Origin: an uncultured Candidatus Izemoplasmatales bacterium | Lineage (GTDB): Bacteria; Bacillota_I; Bacilli_A; Izemoplasmatales; Hujiaoplasmataceae | Length of the DNA: 64,000 bases | Direction of reading: 5' to 3' | Assembly (NCBI GenBank): GCA_964655885.1 | Contig: CAZZPD010000001.1 | Coordinates: 11,441-75,440, forward strand | Shown: positions 41,917-52,256 of the stretch, piece after piece | How the letters are laid out: each line of letters opens with the position of its first letter | Position numbering within the stretch: position 1 is the first letter of the stretch | The notes under the pieces: generated by a model | Database searches by the model: none | The model's input: only the letters and a program-made list of their open reading frames with translations | Told to the model about the DNA's origin: nothing | Made by a program: the position numbers and the translations under genes

Positions 41917-42471
41917 TTAACTTTTATTGTATTTATTCATTAAGATTTCAAACCTATCTTCCTTAATAAAATCTTCAATCAATTTGTTTAAATTAATAGT
42001 TAACTCATCTAATATTTGAGATTCATATTTAGTAAAATTACTTAATACAAAATCTTTCATTATTACATCTTTGTTGTTTCCAATTCCTACCCTTACTCTA
42101 TTAAAGTTTTCACTGTTTAAGTGATTAATAATAGATTTGATACCATTATGTCCTCCAGCAGATCCGTTTTGTCTTAACCTTAACTTACCAAAAGGTAAAT
42201 TTAAGTCATCTGATATAACAACAATGTTTTCGGGTGAAATATTATAATATTTTGCAACTGTTACAACAGCTAAACCAGAATTATTCATATATGTTTTTGG
42301 TTTAAGTAGAATTGAATTTTCCAGCTTTGCAATTTCAGAAGTAAATTTTATTGATTTTTTGTATTTTATTCCATTAACCTCTGCATAAGAATCTAAAGCT
42401 ATGAACCCTATGTTGTGTTTTGTTTTTCTATATTTCTTTCCTGGGTTTCCTAATCCAACAATTAGTTTCAT
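41917..42471 (-). CDS. pth: Peptidyl-tRNA hydrolase
   Basis: LIVGLGNPG, HNIGF, KPKTYMNNSG, GSAGGHNG. Confidence 0.97.
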   Translation of the reverse strand: MKLIVGLGNPGKKYRKTKHNIGFIALDSYAEVNGIKYKKSIKFTSEIAKLENSILLKPKTYMNNSGLAVVTVAKYYNISPENIVVISDDLNLPFGKLRLRQNGSAGGHNGIKSIINHLNSENFNRVRVGIGNNKDVIMKDFVLSNFTKYESQILDELTINLNKLIEDFIKEDRFEILMNKYNKS

Positions 42472-43091
42472 TGTTTTTTGTTCGGTTTGATTACAACATA
42501 TCTGTTTGGTTCTTCACCTTCAGATTCTGTCGAAACATCTCTCCAATCAGAAAGTTTAGTATGTATTACTCTTCTTTCGTATGCGTTCATCTTACCTAGT
42601 CTAGTTGATGATTTTGTTTTAATTACATCCATTGCTGTTTTAGTAGCTAGTATTTCTAGTTGTTTTTTTCTTTGTTCTTTATAACCACCAATATCAACTA
42701 ATACTATTTGAAAATCTTCTACATAGAGGTTAATATAATTTTTTAACAATGTTTGAATCGCATCTAATGTTTTGCCATTTTTACCAATTAAAATTGGGTT
42801 TTCTTTTGCTTCTATATTAAATAAAATTTGTCTATTATCTAATTGTTTTGCTTCTATAACAGCTTCAATTTGCATGTTTTCTAATAGTGTTTTTAAATAT
42901 TCTATTCCATCTTTTACAACATCAAAATCAACTACAGCTTCAACTATATATGTTTTATTTAAACCAAGTATTGATTTCTTTTCCTCAACTACATTTAACT
43001 CAATAAAATCTTTATTAACTCTTAGTTCTTTTGCGGCTTGTTGAATAGCAGAATCATTTAATGTTTTTGTTTCAAATTTAACGCTTTTCAT
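42468..43091 (-). CDS. jag: Jag/KhpB (EloR) RNA-binding protein
   Basis: KH motif LIGKNGKTLDAIQ, R3H motif ERRVIH, SEGEEPNRYV. Confidence 0.92.
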   Translation of the reverse strand: MKSVKFETKTLNDSAIQQAAKELRVNKDFIELNVVEEKKSILGLNKTYIVEAVVDFDVVKDGIEYLKTLLENMQIEAVIEAKQLDNRQILFNIEAKENPILIGKNGKTLDAIQTLLKNYINLYVEDFQIVLVDIGGYKEQRKKQLEILATKTAMDVIKTKSSTRLGKMNAYERRVIHTKLSDWRDVSTESEGEEPNRYVVIKPNKKQ

Positions 43092-43102
43092 ATATCTTCC
43101 CC

Positions 43103-44227
43103 CTAAAACTGTTTACGTAATTGATTTTGTCGTTTCTCCATATTTTTATATCCAATATAACTTTGTAATAATTGATAAGATGTCCCGATTACCCAATAGA
43201 ATGCTATACCAGCGCTTCGCAATGAAATGAATCCCATCATAAGCACCATAAAATACATCATATATTTCATAGTGTTTTGTGATTGTTGAGCTTTAGCTCC
43301 AGCATATTGGTTTGGTTTTTGCTTCGTTTTTGTTCTGTGTTGTGTTAGCCATTGGCTTAAGAACATTAATCCTGAAACTAATATAGCTAATGGTAAATTA
43401 AGTAACCATTCTGTGTTACCTAACCCTTCGCTCCCCATCCATAAGAAATTCATAAAACTATCATTTATAACAAAACCATCTCCGCCAAATAATGTAATAT
43501 CTGTTAATGGAAATCTTTGTACAACTTGATACATTGCAATAAATATAGGCATTTGAAGTAATGGCATTAAACATCCAAAAACATTTATTTTATATTTTTT
43601 ATATAACTCCATTGTTTCCATTTGCATTCTTTGTTGAGATGCTTGATCTTGTTTATTTCTATATTTTTCTTGAATTTTATTTAATTCAGGTTGTGCTAAT
43701 TGCATTTTTAAAGACATGTCATTTGTTTTAGCATAAATTGGCCAACCTAATGTTCTAATTACTAATGTCATAATTAATAAACCTAACCAATAGTAATAAG
43801 TATTACCTAAAATTCCAAAAAGGTTACTTGCGTGGAATGTAAATAATCCCAATTGAGTGATAACCCAATCCCACCAATTTCCTTTTTCACCAATAGGTGT
43901 TGTATAGATTGATTGATATAATCCTGTTTGTGTTTTATTTGTTACTTCTTCATCAACAAACGTTACTTCAACATATCCTTCATCATCATCCCATACTAAA
44001 TATCCATCTCCGGTTTCAGTATTATAATTAGTAAGGTCTGTTGGAGTGCCTAATAAATTAATAACATCATTAAAAGTTGATGCGCTTTCTCCGTTTTCGT
44101 TGTCTACAAGTACAATAGCTTCGTAATTAGTAAATGATACTACTCCTTTTTTTGTACCACACGATGATACACCAAACAGTAAAACAACAACTAATAAAGT
44201 CATTAGTATTTTATTTCTTAATTTCAT
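43103..44227 (-). CDS. yidC: Membrane protein insertase YidC (lipoprotein signal plus extra N-terminal domain)
   Basis: Lipobox-like VSSC, TLVIR, QPELNKIQEKY, GCLMPLLQMPI, AFYW; between rnpA and jag. Confidence 0.93.
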   Translation of the reverse strand: MKLRNKILMTLLVVVLLFGVSSCGTKKGVVSFTNYEAIVLVDNENGESASTFNDVINLLGTPTDLTNYNTETGDGYLVWDDDEGYVEVTFVDEEVTNKTQTGLYQSIYTTPIGEKGNWWDWVITQLGLFTFHASNLFGILGNTYYYWLGLLIMTLVIRTLGWPIYAKTNDMSLKMQLAQPELNKIQEKYRNKQDQASQQRMQMETMELYKKYKINVFGCLMPLLQMPIFIAMYQVVQRFPLTDITLFGGDGFVINDSFMNFLWMGSEGLGNTEWLLNLPLAILVSGLMFLSQWLTQHRTKTKQKPNQYAGAKAQQSQNTMKYMMYFMVLMMGFISLRSAGIAFYWVIGTSYQLLQSYIGYKNMEKRQNQLRKQF

Positions 44228-44233
44228 ATTATC

Positions 44234-44569
44234 CTACTTTCTTAATATATCTGCTCTTGCAAATAATTTTTCTAATAATCGCTTAATTTCAGCAAACTCT
44301 AAATCTTTTGATTTTTGTTTTGTAACAATAAAGAAATCATAATCGTCATTAAATTTGTTGTCTTTAATAATTTCTCTGATTCTTCTTTTCATTAAATTTC
44401 TTTTAACTGCATTTCCTACTTTTTTAGGAACGCTGATCGCATATCTAAAATTACTTACTTCATGGTTTTTCCTATAATATAAGATAAAATAACTGTTACC
44501 AACAGTTTTTCTAAGTTTTATTATTTCTTGAATTTCTTCATTTTTTTTAACTCGATATGCTTTCTTCAA
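44234..44569 (-). CDS. rnpA: Ribonuclease P protein component
   Basis: YRVKKNEE, ISVPKKVGNAVKRNLMKRRIRE; TTG start. Confidence 0.95.
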   Translation of the reverse strand: MKKAYRVKKNEEIQEIIKLRKTVGNSYFILYYRKNHEVSNFRYAISVPKKVGNAVKRNLMKRRIREIIKDNKFNDDYDFFIVTKQKSKDLEFAEIKRLLEKLFARADILRK

Positions 44570-44588
44570 TTTTTCCTCCTAAATAAAC

Positions 44589-44623
44589 AAAAAAATCACC
44601 AGTATATATTTTTCAGGTGATTT
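44589..44623 (-). terminator. Possible terminator between rpmH and rnpA
   Basis: AAATCACC...GGTGATTT with minus-strand U-tract; long loop. Confidence 0.5.
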
Positions 44624-44664
44624 CAAGTACAAATATATTTATTGGTGTTTTTGATATTTAATTA

Positions 44665-44808
44665 TTAACGGTCAGAAACAGTTAAAACTTTACGTCCTTT
44701 TGCTCTTCTTCTTGCTAATACTTTACGACCATTAACTGTAGACATTCTCGCTCTGAAACCGTGAGTTTTAGCTCTTTTGTTTTTACTTGGTTGATATGTC
44801 TTGCTCAT
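44665..44808 (-). CDS. rpmH: 50S ribosomal protein L34 (47 aa; not in ORF track)
   Basis: Manual translation [57 protein letters not shown]. Confidence 0.97.
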   Translation of the reverse strand: MSKTYQPSKNKRAKTHGFRARMSTVNGRKVLARRRAKGRKVLTVSDR

Positions 44809-44959
44809 AATCAACACCTCCTAATCGTGATTAAAAAACCATGCTTTATAATTATACTTAATTTTATATACTATGTCAACTGTTTTTTATTGATAGATTT
44901 TTTAATTTTTTTATACTTTTTTTTATTAACATTTGTGTTGGTAACTAATTTTGTTAATT

Positions 44960-45077
44960 TGTGGAAAACTTATATATATCCCTAGAATTAGTTATTTTTT
45001 TTCCACATTTAATGTGTTTATATTCTTTTGTGTTATTGAGTTATCCACATTTTTTGTGGAAAACTAATTTATCCACA
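44960..45077. promoter_or_regulatory. oriC left part: DnaA-box cluster upstream of dnaA
   Basis: TTATCCACA at 45041 and 45069; TTTTCCACA at 44999; TGTGGAAAA at 44960 and 45055. Confidence 0.9.
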
Positions 45078-45123
45078 ATGTTTATTTTATGTTATATTAT
45101 ATGTAACGTTGAGGAGGTATTAA

Positions 45124-46497
45124 ATGGAAGAATTTGAAAAAATTTGGAGTCAGATAAAATCAAGACTTCAAATTAGTTTAGATGACGATGTTTATAATGA
45201 ACATTTTTCTAATATTTCTAATATTTTTAAAGTTGTAAATAATTATATATATTTAATAGCTCCTAATTCTTTTGTTAAAAACAAAATTGAGTCTTTTTAT
45301 CTGAATAGATTGAATGTTTTACTTAATGAATATGTAGAAGAAAAACACATGTTTAAAATTATAACAAAAGAACAAGCTGCTGAAGAATTAGCTAAAAACG
45401 AAACTTATGCTATTAATATTCCTGAGAAAAATTTAGAAAACAAATATAAAACTGGTTTAAATAATTCATACACATTTGAAAATTTTGTTGTTGGTTCAAG
45501 TAATAGATTAGCTTACACATCAGCAATGAAAGTTGCTGATCAACCTGGTATTTTCGCTAATCCTCTATATATTTTTGGAGATGTTGGGTTAGGTAAAACT
45601 CATTTGATGCAGTGTGTTGGTAATTATATTTTAGAAAATGATGTTAATAAAAAAGTTTTATATGTAAAAACTGATCAATTTATTGAAGATTACGGAAGAG
45701 CTGCTCAAAAAAAATCATACGATAGTTTTTCAAAAAAATATGATAACATTGATGTTTTATTAGTTGATGATATTCAATTCTTATCAGGAAAAAATCAAAC
45801 GCAATTAGAATTTTTTAAAATTTTTGAAAAACTAAAAGAGAGTAATAAACAAATTGTAATCACTTCTGATAGACAAGCATCTGAATTATACGATATTATG
45901 TCTAGACTAACAAGTCGTTTTGAGTGGGGATTATCAGTTGATATTAATAGACCTAATTTAGAACATAGAATTCTTATTTTAAAAAAGAAATTACATGCAG
46001 AAACTCAAGATCCTGATTTAATATCAGATGAAATATTAGAATATATTGCTAGCGTTTTTGATAATAATGTTAGAGAATTAGAAGGAGCTTTAAAAAGAGT
46101 TTTATTCTATTGTACAGCTTTTGATTATAGATTCACTGTAGAAAATACTGAAGAAGCTTTAAAAAGTTTAGTTAATTCAAAAAATGCTTCCAACCATAAA
46201 TTAGATAGAACTAATTATACTAATATTTTAGATATAGTTAGTAATTATTATAATATATCTACTAGTGATCTTTTATCTAAAAAAAGAAAAAAACAATATG
46301 TCTTTCCAAGACAAATTGCTATGTATATATTAAAAGATTTGTATGATTTAACATATAAAAAAATAGGTCAAATTTTTAATGGTAGAGATCATTCTACAGT
46401 TATCTATAGTATCGAACAAATTTCAAATGATATTCAAACAGATAAATCAAAGAAAAACGATATTGAAAAACTGTTGATAAAATGTGGAAAAAAATAG
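45124..46497 (+). CDS. dnaA: Chromosomal replication initiator
   Basis: YTFENFVVG, GDVGLGKTHL, DDIQF, SRFEWGL, NVRELEGAL, GRDHSTV. Confidence 0.98.
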   Translation: MEEFEKIWSQIKSRLQISLDDDVYNEHFSNISNIFKVVNNYIYLIAPNSFVKNKIESFYLNRLNVLLNEYVEEKHMFKIITKEQAAEELAKNETYAINIPEKNLENKYKTGLNNSYTFENFVVGSSNRLAYTSAMKVADQPGIFANPLYIFGDVGLGKTHLMQCVGNYILENDVNKKVLYVKTDQFIEDYGRAAQKKSYDSFSKKYDNIDVLLVDDIQFLSGKNQTQLEFFKIFEKLKESNKQIVITSDRQASELYDIMSRLTSRFEWGLSVDINRPNLEHRILILKKKLHAETQDPDLISDEILEYIASVFDNNVRELEGALKRVLFYCTAFDYRFTVENTEEALKSLVNSKNASNHKLDRTNYTNILDIVSNYYNISTSDLLSKKRKKQYVFPRQIAMYILKDLYDLTYKKIGQIFNGRDHSTVIYSIEQISNDIQTDKSKKNDIEKLLIKCGKK

Positions 46498-46645
46498 TGT
46501 TTTTTTAAGTTTTAAACAGTGTTTTATATATACTTTTTTCTCTAAATATGGTATAATATTAGTAGAAAATAACTTATTTTATCCACTTATTAACACCCTT
46601 AATAATAACAATAATAAAAAAGAAATAATAATTAATATAAATATA
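46472..46645. promoter_or_regulatory. oriC right part: DnaA boxes, GC spacer, DnaA-trio-like repeats and AT-rich unwinding element
   Basis: TGTTGATAA 46472, TGTGGAAAA 46483, overlapping TTATCCACT/TTATTAACA 46579-46595, CCC, then TAATAATAACAATAATAA and an AT tract. Confidence 0.8.
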
Positions 46646-46662
46646 AACACAGGAGGTTTTTT

Positions 46663-47787
46663 ATGAATTTTTCAATTAACACAGATGTTTTATTACATAA
46701 TTTATTAGTTTCACAAAAAGCTTTGTCGACTAAAACACCTGCCCCTTATCTTCAAGGTATAAAATTATTAGCAAAATCTAATGAAATAGTTTTAATAACT
46801 AGTAATTCTGATATAGCTATAAAAATATCTATCAAAGATGAAAGTTTAAATGTAGAAAAACAAGGAGAGGTATTAATACCAGGAAAAGTTTTTGTTGATT
46901 TTATTAGAAAATTAGATAAAGGAATTGTTGAAATATCTGTTTTAGATAATAATGTATTAAAAATACATTCTAATAATACTGATCTTTCATTAAATCTTCA
47001 AAATGTTGACGATTATCCTGAAATCAACTTTGTTATGAATGAAATCCCTATTAAAATTGAATCAAAAACAATGAAATCAATTATAAAACAAACAACTTTT
47101 GCAACATCTAATATAGAAAATAGACCTATATTAACTGGTGTTAATTTGAAAGTTGAAAGTAATAAATTAATAGCTATTGCAACAGATTCATTTAGATTAA
47201 GTCAAAAAATAATTGATATTCCTGAAAATTTTGAAAAAATGAATGTCGTTATACCAGGAAGAAGTTTAGATGAATTATTTAAAGTGTTAGAATTAGACTT
47301 AGATGAAATATTAATTCATTTAAATCATAAAACTATTCTATTTGAATATGGAAATATTCTATTTCAATCAAGATTGTTAGAAGGTAACTTTCCTGAAACA
47401 AGTAGATTAGTACCTGTAGATTTTCCAATTATTATTAAATTTAAAACAGATGATTTATCTGTTGCAATCGAAAGAGCTTCTTTATTATCTTTTAAAGATA
47501 GCTTAAATAGTATAGTTAAATTATATTTAAAACCAGATAATGTAGTTGAAATCACATCAAATTCCCCAGAAATAGGAAAAGTTGTTGAAGAAATATATCC
47601 TGTAGAAAAAGCTATTGGAACACCATTAAAAATTGCATTTAGCTCGAAATATTTTTTAGATGCTTTAAAAACATTTAATTCTGAAGAAGTTTATGTTAAA
47701 TTTACAGGAGAAATAAGACCTTTTGTAATAGAGGGTAATGATGATGTAGGTTTAATTCAATTAATTTTACCAGTTAGAACCGAATAA
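46663..47787 (+). CDS. dnaN: DNA polymerase III beta clamp
   Basis: RPILTGV, ATDSFRLS, SRLLEGNFP, LILPVR. Confidence 0.97.
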   Translation: MNFSINTDVLLHNLLVSQKALSTKTPAPYLQGIKLLAKSNEIVLITSNSDIAIKISIKDESLNVEKQGEVLIPGKVFVDFIRKLDKGIVEISVLDNNVLKIHSNNTDLSLNLQNVDDYPEINFVMNEIPIKIESKTMKSIIKQTTFATSNIENRPILTGVNLKVESNKLIAIATDSFRLSQKIIDIPENFEKMNVVIPGRSLDELFKVLELDLDEILIHLNHKTILFEYGNILFQSRLLEGNFPETSRLVPVDFPIIIKFKTDDLSVAIERASLLSFKDSLNSIVKLYLKPDNVVEITSNSPEIGKVVEEIYPVEKAIGTPLKIAFSSKYFLDALKTFNSEEVYVKFTGEIRPFVIEGNDDVGLIQLILPVRTE

Positions 47788-47791
47788 AAAT

Positions 47792-47821
47792 TAATGGAGT
47801 TTTTACTCCATTATTTTTTTT
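47792..47821 (+). terminator. Terminator after dnaN
   Basis: TAATGGAGT-tttt-ACTCCATTA plus T-tract. Confidence 0.85.
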
Positions 47822-47881
47822 AATTGTAATTGATTTTAGTATGATTTAATGTTAAAATTTTTATGTTTTAAAAGGGGTTAA

Positions 47882-49312
47882 ATGATGAAAAATAACTATG
47901 ATGTAATAATTGTTGGCGCTGGACCAGCTGGTTTAATGTGTGCATATGAATTATCAGAAAAAAACAAACAATTAAATGTTCTACTTATTGATAAAGGGAA
48001 AAATATATACAACAGAAATTGTCCAATAATAAGTAAAAAAATAAAAAAATGTCCAGTTCAAAAAAATGGTCAGATTGGTTGTTTACCTTTTTGCTCTATA
48101 ACAAATGGTTTTGGAGGCGCAGGAGCGTATTCGGATGGTAAATTTAATATAACTAGCGAGTATGGTGGATGGATGAATGAATATCTTGAAGATGATACTA
48201 TTTTAGATTTAATTAAATATGCCGATTCAATAAATTTGAAATTTGGAGCTCCTAAAGAAATTACTGATCCAACAACCCCTAAAGTAAAAGAAATTGAAAA
48301 AAAAGGATTAGCAGTTGGATTAAAACTTCTTAGAGGAAAAATAAGACATTTAGGTACCGAGGTTAATTTAAAAGTACTTAAAAATATATTTGAACACTTA
48401 AACCAAAATATAGATATGGTATATGAAGAGGAAGTTAAAAATATAATTATTGAAGAAAATAAAATTAAAGGTATCATTTTAAAAGAAAATAAAAAAATTT
48501 ATTCTGATTATGTTGTTATAACCCCAGGTAGAGATGGCTCATATTGGTTAAGTAATTTAGCAATAGAACATAATATAAACATGAAATCAAATCATGTAGA
48601 TATTGGAGTTAGAGTTGAAACAAACAACGAAATAATGGAAGAAATCAATGAAAATTTATATGAAGGTAAATTTATATATAGAACTAAAGTAGGTTCTACA
48701 GTTAGAACATTTTGTTCTAACCCAAGAGGACATGTAGTTATTGAAAATCATAGCGGAACGATGTTAGCGAATGGACACGCATATAAAGATTCTAATAAAG
48801 GATCTAAAAACACTAATTTTGCATTATTAGTATCTCATAAATTTACAGAACCATTTAATCAACCAAATGAATTTGCTCATGGAGTTTCAAAATTAGCTAA
48901 TATGTTAAGTAATGGAGTTATCATTGTACAAAGGTTTGGAGATTTACAAAAAGGTAGAAGATCTACAGTAAAAAGAGTTAATGAAGGGTTTGTTACACCA
49001 ACATTAAAAGAAGCTATTCCTGGAGATTTAGGGTTGGTTTTACCATATAAAACTATGAAATCAATTATCGAAATGATAGAAGCTTTAGATCATATAACAC
49101 CAGGTGTAGCATCAGAACACACTTTGTTATATGGTGTAGAAGCTAAATTTTATTCTGCTAGACCAGAAGTTAATAATAAGTTTGAATCAAAAATTAATAA
49201 CTTATATTTTGGTGGAGATGGAGCTGGAATAACAAGAGGGTTAGCTCAAGCTAGTGCAAACGGAATTTGGATTGCTAGAGATATAATTTTGAAAACAACA
49301 AACAAACTTTAA
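47882..49312 (+). CDS. Uncharacterised FAD-dependent oxidoreductase (COG2509-like)
   Basis: VIIVGAGPAG, Cys-rich segment, GGAGAYSDGK, RTFCSNP, YGVEAKFYS, GDGAGITRGL. Confidence 0.8.
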   Translation: MMKNNYDVIIVGAGPAGLMCAYELSEKNKQLNVLLIDKGKNIYNRNCPIISKKIKKCPVQKNGQIGCLPFCSITNGFGGAGAYSDGKFNITSEYGGWMNEYLEDDTILDLIKYADSINLKFGAPKEITDPTTPKVKEIEKKGLAVGLKLLRGKIRHLGTEVNLKVLKNIFEHLNQNIDMVYEEEVKNIIIEENKIKGIILKENKKIYSDYVVITPGRDGSYWLSNLAIEHNINMKSNHVDIGVRVETNNEIMEEINENLYEGKFIYRTKVGSTVRTFCSNPRGHVVIENHSGTMLANGHAYKDSNKGSKNTNFALLVSHKFTEPFNQPNEFAHGVSKLANMLSNGVIIVQRFGDLQKGRRSTVKRVNEGFVTPTLKEAIPGDLGLVLPYKTMKSIIEMIEALDHITPGVASEHTLLYGVEAKFYSARPEVNNKFESKINNLYFGGDGAGITRGLAQASANGIWIARDIILKTTNKL

Positions 49313-49357
49313 AAACACTAATATTTACCTTTTTTTGTATAGTATCATATGTTATAA

Positions 49358-50668
<1,311 letters not shown>

Positions 50669-50686
50669 AAAGCAAAGGAGTATAAA

Positions 50687-51922
50687 ATGCAAAGTAAAAT
50701 TGTTGGTAAACATGCACAACACAAAAAACTAGAATCTAACATTCTTCAAATTTCTCAAGAAGCAAAAGCTATGAAAAAACAATATAGCGATGTTATCGAT
50801 GCTACAGTTGGTATGTTACATCACGAGGAAGGTAATGTATTTAGTTACAAAGTTGTTAGAGAATTATTAAATAATTTAAGTGATGCTGAAACATATCATT
50901 ATGCTTCAGTAAGAGGAACTAAAAAATTTAGCGAAGGTGTTTTTAATTGGGTATTTGGTAAACACGCTGATATGTTAAGAGAACATTTTAAATATAGTGT
51001 TATACCAACAACGGGAGGCTCTGGTGCAATCAGTAATACTTTTTATAACTTTAATGATTTTAACCAAAAAGTCCTTTTACCAAACCATTATTGGTCTCCA
51101 TATAAAAATTTTGCAATGGAAGCTAATATCGATTTAAAAACATATTTAATGTATGATGAAAATTATAAGTTTAATCTTAAAGATTTTAAAGAAAAAGCTT
51201 TTGAATTAGCAAAAGAACAAGGAAGATTATGTTTATTACTTAATGATCCTTGTAATAATCCTACAGGATTATGTATGACAATTGAAGATTGGAAAGAAGT
51301 AATAAAAATTATAAACGAAGTTAGAAAAACAGGGGTTCCTGTAATTTTAATACATGATATTGCATACATTGATTATCAAATGACTTCAACAGAATTATCA
51401 AGAGATATTTTTTCTACTTATATTGATTTAGATCCTGAAATATTGGTTGTAGTTGTATTTTCAGGTTCAAAAACATTTTCTTTATATGGATTTAGAGTTG
51501 GAGCTCAAATTGGAATTTCAAAATCTCAAGATGCTATTGATAACTTTGTTAGAGTTGGAGACTATTCAGTTAGAGGAAGGTTTTCAAGTGTATCTCAACC
51601 AGCTATGAGTATAATTGAAAAAATATTTAATGAAAAAGAATATAAAGAAAAATTTGAAAATGAATTGGCAATAGGTAGAAAGTTATTAAAAGATAGAGCT
51701 ATTAAATTTATAGAAGAAGCGGAAAAGAATGATTTAGAAATCTTACCTTATTGTGGCGGTTTCTTTATTAGTATATTAACTAAGAATAAAAACATATTTA
51801 AAGATTTAGTTGATGATCACGTATTTATTATTCCTATGCCAGGTTTAATAAGAATTGCAATTTCTTCTTTACCTATTAGCGATATTCCTGAATTAGTTAG
51901 AAAAATTAAAAAACACATTTAA
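50687..51922 (+). CDS. PLP-dependent aminotransferase class I/II (aspartate/aromatic-like)
   Basis: DATVG, GGSGAI, NDPCNNPTG, DIAY, SGSKTFSLYGFRVG. Confidence 0.85.
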   Translation: MQSKIVGKHAQHKKLESNILQISQEAKAMKKQYSDVIDATVGMLHHEEGNVFSYKVVRELLNNLSDAETYHYASVRGTKKFSEGVFNWVFGKHADMLREHFKYSVIPTTGGSGAISNTFYNFNDFNQKVLLPNHYWSPYKNFAMEANIDLKTYLMYDENYKFNLKDFKEKAFELAKEQGRLCLLLNDPCNNPTGLCMTIEDWKEVIKIINEVRKTGVPVILIHDIAYIDYQMTSTELSRDIFSTYIDLDPEILVVVVFSGSKTFSLYGFRVGAQIGISKSQDAIDNFVRVGDYSVRGRFSSVSQPAMSIIEKIFNEKEYKEKFENELAIGRKLLKDRAIKFIEEAEKNDLEILPYCGGFFISILTKNKNIFKDLVDDHVFIIPMPGLIRIAISSLPISDIPELVRKIKKHI

Positions 51923-51927
51923 AAAGT

Positions 51928-51961
51928 AAAAAGAAGTCAAAAAATTGACTTCTTTTTTTTA
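51928..51961. terminator. Bidirectional terminator
   Basis: AAAAAGAAGTCAA-aaaa-TTGACTTCTTTTT. Confidence 0.85.
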
Positions 51962-51973
51962 GGGACACTTGTT

Positions 51974-52189
51974 TTAAACTAAAAATTCTACTTTTCCTTT
52001 GGTGATTATATGGAACAAATCAATTATCCATAAAATTACAAAACCACAAATTATCCATAAAATACCAATAATTAATTTACCTTTAGCGATTCTATAAATT
52101 CCATAAAAAATTCCATCAAAACCAGGTAAAGCCAAAATTAATTTAACAATCCAAGGGAGCCCATCAATAAATTTTACATATTCTTTCAT
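51974..52189 (-). CDS. Small hydrophobic membrane protein, function unknown
   Basis: About 71 aa, LPWIVKLILAL...YGIYRI...LWIIDL; AGGTGGTG RBS; start could be 52195. Confidence 0.7.
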   Translation of the reverse strand: MKEYVKFIDGLPWIVKLILALPGFDGIFYGIYRIAKGKLIIGILWIICGFVILWIIDLFHIITKGKVEFLV

Positions 52190-52256
52190 AAGCATCACCA
52201 CCTTCTAAAAATAATTATAGCATTTATGATATTAAAAAACACACTTATAAATAAAA

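Noticed and set aside
44761..44985. 74-aa plus-strand ORF
   Set aside because: Overlaps rpmH antisense and the oriC/promoter region; low-complexity translation
46484..46666. 60-aa ORF with a poly-Asn run between dnaA and dnaN
   Set aside because: The poly-N comes from the DnaA-trio/AT-rich unwinding element
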